Shown here: positions 19,339 through 28,780 of the stretch, in pieces
Layout of the letters: each line of letters begins with the position of its first letter
Position numbering within the stretch: position 1 is the first letter of the stretch
From: Candidatus Levyibacteriota bacterium
GTDB taxonomy: Bacteria > Patescibacteriota > Microgenomatia > Levybacterales > UBA12049
Direction: 5' to 3'
DNA: 64,000 nt
Assembly (NCBI GenBank): GCA_029260905.1
Contig: JAJDCH010000002.1
Span: 79,546-143,545 of the forward strand
Notes under the pieces: model-generated
Database searches by the model: none
What the model saw: only the letters and a program-made list of their open reading frames with translations
What the model was told of the DNA's origin: nothing
Made by a program: the position numbers and the translations under genes

Positions 19339-21492
19339 TTACCATGGATAATCGCCTTTTGTAACATCAATATTTTGTTTCAGAACATGCACCACTCTTT
19401 TTATTGCGGTTGGGAGAAGTAAATATTCTGCATCGTGAATTTTTTCTTCAAAAGTTGTTATTGTATCATTTGATTTAATAGCGACCTCAGACTTCATGAT
19501 TATTGGTCCTACATCAAATTTATCTCCTTGAATAATCTGATGGACTGTAACCCCAGAAATAGGTAACTCAAGTGAGAAAGCATCTTTTATCGCGTTTGCT
19601 CCTCTGATTACAGGAATTTTTCCTTTGGATGTTGAGACAATATCAAGGTTTTTGGAGGTTAGGAGAGCAGGGTGTAGATTTACTATTGGTATAGACAAAT
19701 CAGTCATTTTTGATAAAAATTTGTCGCCAAGAACTAGCATCCATCCAGAAAGGATAACCATATCAGGAGATGTTTGTTCAACTTCTTTTATTAATATTGA
19801 TTCATATTTTTCTCTGTCTTTTGAGTTTGAAAGTTTTCCAGAATATTCTAGAATACTAGATGGTATTTTATGTTTCTTCGCTCTTTCTAAAGCAAATGCA
19901 TTTCTCTTATTGGAAATTACTTTTATTATTTCTGCATCAATCTCATTATTTTCAATGGCATCAATAATTTGTTGAAGATTTGAACCTCCTCCTGATGCAA
20001 ATACACAAATTTTTGGTTTTCCAGTTATTTTATTTTTAAGTTTTGGAAAAGCGTGCTGCCTGTCTCTTATTGGATGGGGGCCTCCAAATGGATAATAGTA
20101 GAAATTTTCCTTGACCCCTCCTGCTGCTTTAGCAGTATCTTCAATTGTTAGATATGTGACATCATCAGCTTGGATAAATTTTGCTACACTTCTTTCTATC
20201 TCATCGAATTTTTGTTTTTCGTAGTGGGATGCAGGAAGCTCTCTTTTGCTTCTCATATCTATTCCCATGTCACATTGTTGAGTAACTGGGGGGCTAGCAA
20301 AACACATAGAAATATTTTTTGCACCAGCTGATCGGAGCTTTTCTATAAGAATGGAGCTGGTTGTAAATCTGATTCCTGAATCATCAACCACAATTACTCT
20401 TTTTCCCCTTACCTCATCAGCAATTACATTGTGTTTGGTTCCAACTGCTACAATTCTATTTTTTTGGCCTGGTTTAATAAATGTTCGACCAACATAATGA
20501 CTTGTTGTTATGGCGTCAACAATTGGAAGGTTTAATTCTCTGGCAACACCTCTTGCAGCAGGATAGCCTGAGTCAAAAACAGGAACAACTGCGTCAGCTG
20601 ATAATTTTTTCCTTTTTATTCTTTGAGCGAGCAGCATTCCTGATTTTTCACGTCCTTCTCTGACTCTGACTCCATTTGTAAAGCTGTCTGGGCGAGAAAA
20701 GTAGATATTTTCAAAAATGCAGTGCTGAATTTTTTTGGTATCTCCAAAAAAGTAAGACTTGATTTTTCCATCCGAGTCTATTTTTGTTATTTCACCAGGC
20801 GCAACATCTCTGATAAAATCTGCGCCAATTGCATCAAGCGCAACTGACTCAGAAGCTATGATATAGCCATCATCGGTTTTGCCAATGCAAAGAGGGCGAA
20901 TTCCATAAGGGTCACGGATAGCAAAAAGCTCGGCGCTATTTGTTAGAATGGCAAGACAGAAAGCCCCTTTGAATTTTGGAAGAGTGTTGATGAGTGTTTC
21001 TTCCCAGTTTTTGAATTTTGATCTTTTTTCAATAAGAAGCCTTGTCATATAGCCAGAGTCGGTTGTGGATTTTGGTTTGTTTTTTACGTCTTTAATAAAG
21101 TTTGAAATATCAGGTAGATTTCCATTGTGGCCAAGGCTTATTTGGTGCAGGCCCTTTTCCTCAAGTATGGGTTGTGCGTTGTTAAGTGTTGATTCTCCAA
21201 AGGTACCGTATCTGTTTTGGCTTGTTGCAAATTTGCTTTCTCCAAGTTCTTTGAGCGTGTTGTCTGTAAGAACATGTGGAATAAGACCCATCCCCTTTTT
21301 TGTAAGTATTTTGTTTTTTTTCTGAAGAATACTAATCCCGGCGCTTTCAAGTCCTCTGTGTTGAAGTGCGGCTAAAGCGCGTGCTGCAAGAAAAGTGGCA
21401 TTATTAGATTTGGAATAAACACAAACAACTCCACATTTCTCCCTTAAATCTAAATTCATAGCTAGTGCTTTATTGTGAATATTATTGTTCAT
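19339..21492 (-). CDS. purF: amidophosphoribosyltransferase fused to GAR formyltransferase (PurF-PurN fusion)
   Basis: 717 aa. N-terminal Ntn-GATase (CGV) plus PRTase. The C-terminal ~200 aa carries PurN motifs (FASGGGSNLQ, NLHPALL). Confidence 0.8.
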   Translation of the reverse strand: MNNNIHNKALAMNLDLREKCGVVCVYSKSNNATFLAARALAALQHRGLESAGISILQKKNKILTKKGMGLIPHVLTDNTLKELGESKFATSQNRYGTFGESTLNNAQPILEEKGLHQISLGHNGNLPDISNFIKDVKNKPKSTTDSGYMTRLLIEKRSKFKNWEETLINTLPKFKGAFCLAILTNSAELFAIRDPYGIRPLCIGKTDDGYIIASESVALDAIGADFIRDVAPGEITKIDSDGKIKSYFFGDTKKIQHCIFENIYFSRPDSFTNGVRVREGREKSGMLLAQRIKRKKLSADAVVPVFDSGYPAARGVARELNLPIVDAITTSHYVGRTFIKPGQKNRIVAVGTKHNVIADEVRGKRVIVVDDSGIRFTTSSILIEKLRSAGAKNISMCFASPPVTQQCDMGIDMRSKRELPASHYEKQKFDEIERSVAKFIQADDVTYLTIEDTAKAAGGVKENFYYYPFGGPHPIRDRQHAFPKLKNKITGKPKICVFASGGGSNLQQIIDAIENNEIDAEIIKVISNKRNAFALERAKKHKIPSSILEYSGKLSNSKDREKYESILIKEVEQTSPDMVILSGWMLVLGDKFLSKMTDLSIPIVNLHPALLTSKNLDIVSTSKGKIPVIRGANAIKDAFSLELPISGVTVHQIIQGDKFDVGPIIMKSEVAIKSNDTITTFEEKIHDAEYLLLPTAIKRVVHVLKQNIDVTKGDYPW

Positions 21493-21529
21493 ATTAATTT
21501 ATGCTTTGATTAATTCAATTTCTGAGAAC

Positions 21530-21554
21530 AAAAAAACCCGCCTCTGAGCGGGGT
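21530..21554 (-). terminator. intrinsic terminator-like hairpin in the pur operon leader (candidate attenuator)
   Basis: Minus-strand RNA CCCGC-UCAGAG-GCGGG followed by U7. It lies between the promoter and the purF start, ~40 nt upstream of the ATG. Confidence 0.55.
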
Positions 21555-21625
21555 TCTTATTGTGTAAGAATTAATGATAATGTTGTAATTGATATGCTTT
21601 ATTTTTGAGCATTCTATCATTATTT

Positions 21626-21654
21626 ATTATAAATCACTTTGCTTGATGTGTCAA
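21626..21654 (-). promoter_or_regulatory. sigma70-type promoter for the pur operon
   Basis: Minus strand reads TTGACA, a 17-nt spacer, then TATAAT. This is a perfect consensus ~130 nt upstream of the purF start. Confidence 0.6.
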
Positions 21655-21692
21655 CAGCATGAAGGCTGGTTGAATATGTTAAAATCAAAAAT

Positions 21693-22694
21693 ATGGATGA
21701 GATAAAAGTGCGATTTCAAAAATTGGTTGAAAAAATAAGCCCGGATGAAAAAAAGAAGGAAATAAGATTGCTTGAGGCAGAAAGTATGAAGGAAGGGTTT
21801 TGGGACGATCATCAAAAAGCTGCGGAAAAAATGAAGCTTTTCTCAGATATGCAAAAAGAGGTGGAAGAGCTTGAGATGCTTGAGCTTTTGATATCAGAAG
21901 GTGATACAAAAGAAGCTGAAAAGCTACTAAGTAAAGTAGAGACACTGCTTTTTCTCGGAGGAGAGAATGATAAATCAAATGCAATAGTTGGAATTCACTC
22001 AGGGCAGGGTGGAGTTGAGGCGATGGATTGGGCGGAGATGCTTTATCGAATGTATACAAGATATTTTGAGAAAAAAGGCTGGAGTTATGAGATTTTGGAT
22101 CAGACAATGGGAGAGGAAGCAGGAATAAAAGGAATTACAATTGCAGTGAATGGAAAGTATGCATATGGTTACCTCAAGCACGAAGCAGGCGCGCACCGTC
22201 TTGTCAGACAATCACCTTTTAATGCAGATAAATTGCGTCAAACATCATTTGCGTTGGTTGAGGTGATGCCAGAAATTGAAGATGCCAAGATTGATTTGAA
22301 AGATGATGATATAGAATTTGAAGCATTTAGAAGTGGTGGTCATGGGGGGCAAAATGTAAATAAGGTATCAACTGCAGTAAGGCTTACTCACAAGCCAACA
22401 GGGATTGCAGTCACGGCATCTGTTGAGAGATCACAAATCCAAAATAGAGAATTTGCAATGAAGCTTCTGAAGGCAAAGCTCTGGATAATTGAAGAGGAAA
22501 AGCAAAAGAAAAAAGAGGCAGAGTTAAAGGGCGGGTATAAAACACCTGGATGGGGAAATCAGATCCGCTCATATGTTCTTCATCCCTACAAAATGGTAAA
22601 GGATCTCAGGACTCAGGTAGAAACAGGCAACACCGATGCAGTACTGGATGGGGATTTGGATATGTTTATTGAAGAGGAGCTGAGGAGTTTATAG
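21693..22694 (+). CDS. prfB: peptide chain release factor 2
   Basis: SPF motif (RQSPFNAD), GGQ motif ([10 protein letters not shown]), and an RF2-type C-terminus. The ORF is continuous, with no programmed +1 frameshift site. Confidence 0.85.
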   Translation: MDEIKVRFQKLVEKISPDEKKKEIRLLEAESMKEGFWDDHQKAAEKMKLFSDMQKEVEELEMLELLISEGDTKEAEKLLSKVETLLFLGGENDKSNAIVGIHSGQGGVEAMDWAEMLYRMYTRYFEKKGWSYEILDQTMGEEAGIKGITIAVNGKYAYGYLKHEAGAHRLVRQSPFNADKLRQTSFALVEVMPEIEDAKIDLKDDDIEFEAFRSGGHGGQNVNKVSTAVRLTHKPTGIAVTASVERSQIQNREFAMKLLKAKLWIIEEEKQKKKEAELKGGYKTPGWGNQIRSYVLHPYKMVKDLRTQVETGNTDAVLDGDLDMFIEEELRSL

Positions 22695-23138
22695 ATCTTT
22701 TGTAAAATAGAAACCCCTTTCAATATATCCATGATTTTTATAAAATCTGTGAGCCACTTTGTGATCCTTGCCTGATTGGATAAATATTCCTTTGCAATTT
22801 AAATCTTTTGTTTTTTTCTCAATAATCTCCATTAGTTTTTTGCCAACTCCATGTTTTCTGTAATTTTCCAAAACAAATAATTCGTCAAGCTCAGCTATTA
22901 GTTTTGAGTATCTCACAACATTTCTGGTTGATAGGGTGGCAAACCCAATAAGTTTTTGTTTATCGGTCGCGACATATATATAGCTATTGGGATTTTCTAA
23001 AACCTTTACAAAAGAATCACTATTCTTTTTCGAGAATCTATTATCGCCAACAAAAAGACTATAAAGTTTTATTAATTCTTTGTAGTCTTCTGTTTTTGCT
23101 AATCTAATTTTCACTTTCCTCCTCCACCTTTTTGCCAT
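22689..23138 (-). CDS. GNAT family N-acetyltransferase
   Basis: 149 aa with an acetyl-CoA binding-like segment [10 protein letters not shown]. Confidence 0.6.
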   Translation of the reverse strand: MAKRWRRKVKIRLAKTEDYKELIKLYSLFVGDNRFSKKNSDSFVKVLENPNSYIYVATDKQKLIGFATLSTRNVVRYSKLIAELDELFVLENYRKHGVGKKLMEIIEKKTKDLNCKGIFIQSGKDHKVAHRFYKNHGYIERGFYFTKDL

Positions 23139-23866
23139 TTGACTGCTGTCAGAAATTTGCCATAAAGATCTTTTTCCATAGGCCAGATGACAGCATCTAG
23201 CTCTTTTTTATTTGGAACCCTGTTTTGAAATTTAATAAAAGGTAGATCAGTAAAAACAGAAAGTGGGGTTTGTTCATTTGCCTCACCCATGATGAGTGCT
23301 GCTGTAGTTCCAAGTGAATCAATTACATTGACTTTTATCCATTCGATTTCCCGCCCGAAAATATCTTTTTCTCCGACATGATCATTGACTGCCTCAAAAC
23401 CGCACCAGCTCATGCCAAAGCCAAGTGTGCCTGTTCGTCCTGGATTGAATCTGCTGTCTGTTACGATGACTCCTAGATTTTTTATGTTATGTTTTTTGCG
23501 AAGATATTCCCAGATTTTATTCGTCTTTTCCTGTAGGTTTTTTGGCCAGAGTATATAGTTGTTATCTGCATTGGACTCATCAATGCCTGCAGTAAAAACA
23601 ATATGCCCGTTTTTGCGTGTTAAGAAAACTTTTCCGTAGGGTGTTGGAACTGGTGCTTCTACATATGAATCAGCTTCTTTTTTGATAAATTCGTCTTTGT
23701 CAGCTACTTTTTCAACAGGTATTACATCGCCTTGGGTTATGCTTATGATCTTGGATGTAATTGCAACGATTGAATTCTCAGAAAGAATGGGGAGGTACTT
23801 ATCAAGGACTTTGTAAACATCATCCCCAGTTTTTACTTTGTGGGTTTTGTAGGCATTAACTTTCAC
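23111..23866 (-). CDS. CofE-like gamma-glutamyl ligase family protein (F420-0:gamma-glutamyl ligase homolog)
   Basis: 251 aa. VAITSKIISITQGDV, AGIDESNA and LGVIVTDSRFNPGRTGTLGFGMSWCGF match the CofE/FbiB N-domain conserved blocks. Confidence 0.55.
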   Translation of the reverse strand: MKVNAYKTHKVKTGDDVYKVLDKYLPILSENSIVAITSKIISITQGDVIPVEKVADKDEFIKKEADSYVEAPVPTPYGKVFLTRKNGHIVFTAGIDESNADNNYILWPKNLQEKTNKIWEYLRKKHNIKNLGVIVTDSRFNPGRTGTLGFGMSWCGFEAVNDHVGEKDIFGREIEWIKVNVIDSLGTTAALIMGEANEQTPLSVFTDLPFIKFQNRVPNKKELDAVIWPMEKDLYGKFLTAVKWQKGGGGK

Positions 23867-23893
23867 AAACGGATTATAGCACAGCTTAAATTG

Positions 23894-24589
23894 TTATTTT
23901 ATGTAGTGGGAGTTAATATTTTGAATAGATGGAAGAATTTTTTTATCAGCGAGAAATCCGAATAGGTATTTCATTAATTTGTAGGTAATAGCGATTCCAA
24001 CAGCAAAGACAAGCCTTTCTGATATTACAACTGGGACTAGTCCTCCCCATACCTCGGTTGGTAAATTAAATGCCCAGATCCATGCAGCGCCTCCGACAGC
24101 ATGCTGTGTGAATGTAGCACCTAGTGCTCTCATAAAATCGTTTCTTCTAAAAAAATAAGCAATAAATGGTATTGTCCAGAAAAGAGTGAAGTAGGGAACG
24201 GTTCTTCCGATTGGGTGAGCTACAAATGCAATTATTGCAACAAGTGGTACGATGAGTGCAAATTTTGATGTGTTTGATTTTGCTTTTTCAGACTTTTTGT
24301 TCTGAGTTAGCACCGCGAAGTAATAAGTTGCAAAAAGAACTGGGAAAAGTCTGATGATTGATCCAAGCTCAATTGGTGTTTGTTTGACTATTATGTTTGT
24401 GATTTCAACTCCGAGAACTGTCAATATGCCAAAAAGTGGTCCGAGAAATGCGCCAGCAATTGGGGCAAAGAAGTCAAAAAGAGTAAATGATACATTTCCG
24501 CCCCCAATTAGTTGGGTAAATGGCATATTTTGACCAATTATTCCAAGAATGAAAAATATAGCGATGAATTTTAATTTGTCCATTGACAC
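23894..24589 (-). CDS. polytopic membrane protein (ECF-transporter S-component-like?)
   Basis: 231 aa, ~6 predicted TM helices. Function not assignable from sequence alone. Confidence 0.4.
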   Translation of the reverse strand: MSMDKLKFIAIFFILGIIGQNMPFTQLIGGGNVSFTLFDFFAPIAGAFLGPLFGILTVLGVEITNIIVKQTPIELGSIIRLFPVLFATYYFAVLTQNKKSEKAKSNTSKFALIVPLVAIIAFVAHPIGRTVPYFTLFWTIPFIAYFFRRNDFMRALGATFTQHAVGGAAWIWAFNLPTEVWGGLVPVVISERLVFAVGIAITYKLMKYLFGFLADKKILPSIQNINSHYIK

Positions 24590-24679
24590 TTCGATACTTT
24601 AATAAAATTTTTCTGCTTTGTCAATAAGTGTTTGACTAGTTGCCAAAAAATGTAAAATGTGTAATACTCAATTGTACCT

Positions 24680-25135
24680 ATGGATACTAAGAATCAGCCA
24701 CCAGAATCAGGCGTAATGCATAGTTTCTCAGGAGAAAAGAAAGCCAAAGCTAGTAAGGCAATTGTGGTATTCGTGATTGCAATGGTTCTTGGTGCTGGAA
24801 CAGGATATCTTGTTTCCAATTCGGGTTCTGGTTTGGGAAGTAGCAAGTCGGAGATCTCAGCAACTGGAGATAGCAAAGGACAAAAAGTTTTTGGATCTGA
24901 TGATGCAGAAACATTTAGCGATGAGGCTGAGGGAGTATTAAGAAAAGGCGGAATAGAGGGTGAGGGGCAATATCATTTGGAGCGTCCAGGTGGTGAGAGT
25001 CAAAATGTCTATATGACCTCATCTCTTGTTGATCTGTCTTTGTTTATTGGTAAGAGAATAAAAGTCTGGGGTCAAACACAACAGGCTCAGACCGCAGGCT
25101 GGTTAATGGATGTTGGGCGTGTTGAAGTTTTGTAA
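24680..25135 (+). CDS. hypothetical membrane-anchored protein, co-oriented with ftsEX
   Basis: 151 aa with an N-terminal TM helix. Its stop overlaps the ftsE start (TAATG). Confidence 0.4.
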   Translation: MDTKNQPPESGVMHSFSGEKKAKASKAIVVFVIAMVLGAGTGYLVSNSGSGLGSSKSEISATGDSKGQKVFGSDDAETFSDEAEGVLRKGGIEGEGQYHLERPGGESQNVYMTSSLVDLSLFIGKRIKVWGQTQQAQTAGWLMDVGRVEVL

Positions 25136-25824
25136 TGATAAGGCTTGGAAATGTATCCAAAAAGTTCCCCACGGGAAACTCTGCTCTATCGGATGTAACA
25201 TTTTCAATAGACAAGGGTGAGTTTGTTTTTGTTGTGGGTCCATCAGGGTCTGGAAAGACTACTCTTTTCCGGCTTTTTATTCGTGAGTATATCCCAACAG
25301 AGGGAACTATCCATATCGGCGAGTGGGACATTGGAAATCTTTCCGATAAATATATACCTCTTCTTAGGAAAAAGATAGGAGTTGTTTTTCAGGACCTCAA
25401 GCTCTTAAGAGATCGTACGATTCTCGAAAATGTCATGCTTCCTCTTGATGTGGTGGGAATGGATGATGAAGAGGCAGAAAAAAAAGCAATAGATATTCTG
25501 GATCAAGTCAGTATCCTAGATCACAAGGATAAATTCCCTGTTCAATTATCCGGAGGAGAGCTTCAAAGAGCAGCGATTGCAAGAGCGCTTGTTTTTTCGC
25601 CCGAAATATTAATTGCTGATGAGCCAACTGGAAATCTTGATGCAACAACTTCTTGGGAAATAGTTAAGCTCCTTCATGATATAAATAAGACAGGAACAAC
25701 AGTTATAATGGCGACACACAATACTGATATTATCAATAGTCTTGCTAAAAGGGTTTTGGTTCTTGATAAGGGCAAGTTAGTAGCTGATGAGAAGAAAACA
25801 CCAAAAGAACATAAAAAAGATTAG
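25135..25824 (+). CDS. ftsE: cell division ATP-binding protein FtsE
   Basis: Walker A GPSGSGKTT, ABC signature LSGGELQR, 229 aa. Confidence 0.85.
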   Translation: MIRLGNVSKKFPTGNSALSDVTFSIDKGEFVFVVGPSGSGKTTLFRLFIREYIPTEGTIHIGEWDIGNLSDKYIPLLRKKIGVVFQDLKLLRDRTILENVMLPLDVVGMDDEEAEKKAIDILDQVSILDHKDKFPVQLSGGELQRAAIARALVFSPEILIADEPTGNLDATTSWEIVKLLHDINKTGTTVIMATHNTDIINSLAKRVLVLDKGKLVADEKKTPKEHKKD

Positions 25825-25826
25825 TC

Positions 25827-26696
25827 ATGAGAACAGTTAAAAAAAGCATTAAACAAATAAGAAGAACTCCTTTTCAGGCGCTTGCTGCTGTGTTTGTGAT
25901 GGCTCTTACCTTTCTTACAATTTCTGTTTTTGCATTTATAGTTTTTGGGTCAGCAGCAATCATAAAACATGCAGAATCAACTCCTCAGGTAACGACTTTT
26001 TTTAAAGATGAAGCAACCCCTCAGGATATAGAGCAGCTTCAAAAAAGCTTGAAAGATACTGGTAAGGTCTCATCAATGAGATATGTCTCCAAAAAAGATG
26101 CGCTTGAGATTTACAGAACAAGAATTGCCAAGAATGACGAATATTTAATGGAGCTTGTAACTGAAGATACTCTTCCTGCATCGCTAGATATTTATACATT
26201 TGATATTGCTGATCTTGATGTGATTGCAAAGACAGTTAGGAATTATGATTTTATTGATGATGTTCAGTATTCACAAGACGTGGTTGATGATCTGAAAAAC
26301 TGGACTAGTGGAATACGAACAATCGGAATTGTAGTCATAGTTGTTTTGATAGTTGAGTCAATCTTTGTGATGATGATGGTAATTGGTTTTAAGGTATCGC
26401 AAAAAAGAGATGAGATAGACATCATGAAACTTTTATCTGCCTCAAATTGGTATATACGTTGGCCTTTTGTTTGGGAGGGGATAATTTATGGAGTAATTGG
26501 GGCGATGATTGGATGGATAGTTGCCACAGTCGGTCTTTTGTATGCAACACCATTTTTGGAGACAATACTTGAGTCAATTCCAGTTCTTCCAGCTTCGCCG
26601 TTATTCCTTCTGGGACTTGTTGTTTTTGAAATTTTGATTGCTATATTTTTGGGAATCACAGCCAGTTTTTTGGCTGTACGCCGATATCTAAAATGA
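25827..26696 (+). CDS. ftsX: cell division permease FtsX
   Basis: 289 aa, 4 TM helices with a large periplasmic loop. Immediately follows ftsE. Confidence 0.8.
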   Translation: MRTVKKSIKQIRRTPFQALAAVFVMALTFLTISVFAFIVFGSAAIIKHAESTPQVTTFFKDEATPQDIEQLQKSLKDTGKVSSMRYVSKKDALEIYRTRIAKNDEYLMELVTEDTLPASLDIYTFDIADLDVIAKTVRNYDFIDDVQYSQDVVDDLKNWTSGIRTIGIVVIVVLIVESIFVMMMVIGFKVSQKRDEIDIMKLLSASNWYIRWPFVWEGIIYGVIGAMIGWIVATVGLLYATPFLETILESIPVLPASPLFLLGLVVFEILIAIFLGITASFLAVRRYLK

Positions 26697-26717
26697 TTTT
26701 TATATTAAATATTAAAA

Positions 26718-27950
26718 ATGAAACATCAAAAAGACTTATTAATATTTAAATATTTTTCTTTTTCTAGTCTTCTTTTTGTTTGTTGCTTTTTGTTTGTTGC
26801 TTTTTTAATCTCTAGTAGTTTTGTTTTTGCCCAAACAACAACTCCCACACCAACCCCATCTTCCACCAAGTCAAATCAGCTTGAGGATTTGAATAAAAAA
26901 ATACAAGAGCTTGAGGGAAAAGTTAATGAACTTCATCAGAAAGGTGAAACTTTATCTTCTCAAATTCAGGCTATGGATAATCAGATTCAGCTTACTGAGT
27001 ATAGAATTAGCGCAACCAAGCAGGAGATACTTGAGCTCACACTTGATATAGATTCAGCAACAGAAAAGGTAGAAAATTTAGAACATTCATTAAATGATGT
27101 AAGTAAGATACTTCTTGAGAGGATTGTCGCGACATACAAAGCACGAGGTGTTCAGCCGATTCATCTAGTTATATCATCTGATAATGTAACCGATCTTTTC
27201 AATAAAGTTAATTATCTTAGAATTGTTCAGGAGCATGATCAAAAACTCCTATATAACGCGCAGCAAGCCAAAAATGATTATGCAAATCAGAAAAATATTT
27301 TTGAAGATAAAAAAGCAAAAATAGAAGCGCTCAATTCTCAGCTGGAAGAATATCAGGCGCAACTTGATAAAGATAGAGATGAAAAAGAAAACCTTCTTGA
27401 ACAGACAAAGGGATCAGAGGCATCCTATCAAGCGCTCTTAGCTGAGGCAAAAGCTGAATATGAGGCCATACAGGGTATTATTTCGGGAAACACTAATGAG
27501 GGATTAATTGGAGCTGTAAATCAGGGAGATATGATTGCGACAATTATCCAAGGATCGTCATGTAATTCAACAGGAACTCATCTCCACTTTACTATTGCGC
27601 GTGGGACTTCAACAGAAAACCCAGCAAATCATTTGAAGGGAACTGATATAAATAATGTATCTGGTGATTCTTTCAGCCCATCAGGTAGTTGGGATTGGCC
27701 CATCAATAGCCCTGTGACTCTTAATCAGGGTTATGGAAATACAGGATATGCAGCAGTATCAGGAATTTATTCTTTCCATAACGGGATTGATATTAGTAGC
27801 TCGTCATCTATTGTTAGGGCAGTTAAGTCTGGAAATTTATATCAAGGAAGCTATACTGGTTCAAGTGGCTGTAGGCTCAGATATGTTAGGGTAGATCATA
27901 GCGATGGCGATCTTGACACTTTGTATCTTCACGTGAATTATGTTAACTAA
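26718..27950 (+). CDS. coiled-coil protein with C-terminal M23 peptidase-like domain (EnvC/PcsB-like FtsEX partner)
   Basis: Signal/TM segment, long Q/E/L-rich coiled coil, C-terminal GTHLHFTI and HNGIDI motifs. Confidence 0.55.
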   Translation: MKHQKDLLIFKYFSFSSLLFVCCFLFVAFLISSSFVFAQTTTPTPTPSSTKSNQLEDLNKKIQELEGKVNELHQKGETLSSQIQAMDNQIQLTEYRISATKQEILELTLDIDSATEKVENLEHSLNDVSKILLERIVATYKARGVQPIHLVISSDNVTDLFNKVNYLRIVQEHDQKLLYNAQQAKNDYANQKNIFEDKKAKIEALNSQLEEYQAQLDKDRDEKENLLEQTKGSEASYQALLAEAKAEYEAIQGIISGNTNEGLIGAVNQGDMIATIIQGSSCNSTGTHLHFTIARGTSTENPANHLKGTDINNVSGDSFSPSGSWDWPINSPVTLNQGYGNTGYAAVSGIYSFHNGIDISSSSSIVRAVKSGNLYQGSYTGSSGCRLRYVRVDHSDGDLDTLYLHVNYVN

Positions 27951-27967
27951 TCTGCTTTAATAAAATA

Positions 27968-28768
27968 ATGATGGGAAAAATACCCATAATATTTTTACTT
28001 CTTTTTTTAATATCCTCAAAACCTGTCTTTGCTGCTCGGGATCTATCAATTTTATCTTCTGACAAATCTTCTATTTTTGGCGATGAATACTTGATGCTTA
28101 CTGCTTCTACATCCGGTTTTACTGATGGCGAAACTATATTTATGAAGGGAGCTTTTTTCCAAGAAGGTAGTACGAATTATTTTGGATTTACAAAGAGTAT
28201 TGATAATTGGATTAAAAATAGCGAAACAGCAATCAATCAAAACAAGATAGAAATTGGCAGTTGGGATAAAAAAGTTTTGATAAAATCAGATTTTGCCGAT
28301 AGTGGTTATAAAGGCGAAGGAGGTTATAAGCTCAAACTTGGTTTTTATTATTATACGAGTGGTGGTAATCTGTCATCAGTTAATTGGTCATCAAACAATG
28401 TCAATGTTGACATAAGTGAGCCAGATCCAACTGCTACACCTGTGCCTACTAAAAAATCTGAAACAGTTTCAAATTTGGATGATTTGAGTAATCAGGAAGA
28501 GTTACTTTCTGTATCTTCCACGCCCAAACTATTATTATCAATATCTCCTGTTTCGAGAAAGAGCACTAGCAATAGCGCTATTCCCACATCAGTTCTGGGG
28601 GTAAAAACCGAGTCAAAAGAAATGAAAGATGAGGAAGACAAAAAAGTTTTGGTAGATTCTGTGAATAACATACCTTTCCTTTCAACTATAGCAGGTGGAG
28701 TATTTTTGTTTGGAGCTGGTATAATGATTTTTCTGAAAATGAAAAGGAGAATAATGAATAATGAATGA
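27968..28768 (+). CDS. secreted protein with C-terminal TM anchor (hypothetical)
   Basis: Signal peptide ...SKPVFAARD, Ser/Thr-rich linker, C-terminal hydrophobic helix plus KMKRR. Confidence 0.4.
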   Translation: MMGKIPIIFLLLFLISSKPVFAARDLSILSSDKSSIFGDEYLMLTASTSGFTDGETIFMKGAFFQEGSTNYFGFTKSIDNWIKNSETAINQNKIEIGSWDKKVLIKSDFADSGYKGEGGYKLKLGFYYYTSGGNLSSVNWSSNNVNVDISEPDPTATPVPTKKSETVSNLDDLSNQEELLSVSSTPKLLLSISPVSRKSTSNSAIPTSVLGVKTESKEMKDEEDKKVLVDSVNNIPFLSTIAGGVFLFGAGIMIFLKMKRRIMNNE

Positions 28769-28780
28769 AAGATTTAATAT

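Noticed and set aside
15217-21350. Numerous 60-125-aa plus-strand ORFs antisense to purL, purD and purF
   Set aside because: They are embedded in confidently identified long genes on the opposite strand. No motifs, and hydrophobic or low-complexity translations.
21561-21692. Purine or ZTP riboswitch in the pur operon leader
   Set aside because: The leader is AT-rich and lacks the conserved guanine-aptamer (UAUA...GGGA...CCGUAAAU-like) and pfl/ZTP (GGGUCGUGAC...CCGGGCGGA) blocks. Only a generic terminator hairpin is evident.
21693-21780. Programmed +1 frameshift site in prfB
   Set aside because: The reading frame is continuous from the annotated ATG. No CUU-UGA-C motif or upstream short ORF-1 with an SD-like element was found.
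21685-22211. Minus-strand ORFs 21685-22107 and 21999-22211 antisense to prfB
   Set aside because: They are antisense to a conserved RF2 frame, with a proline/leucine-rich nonsense translation.
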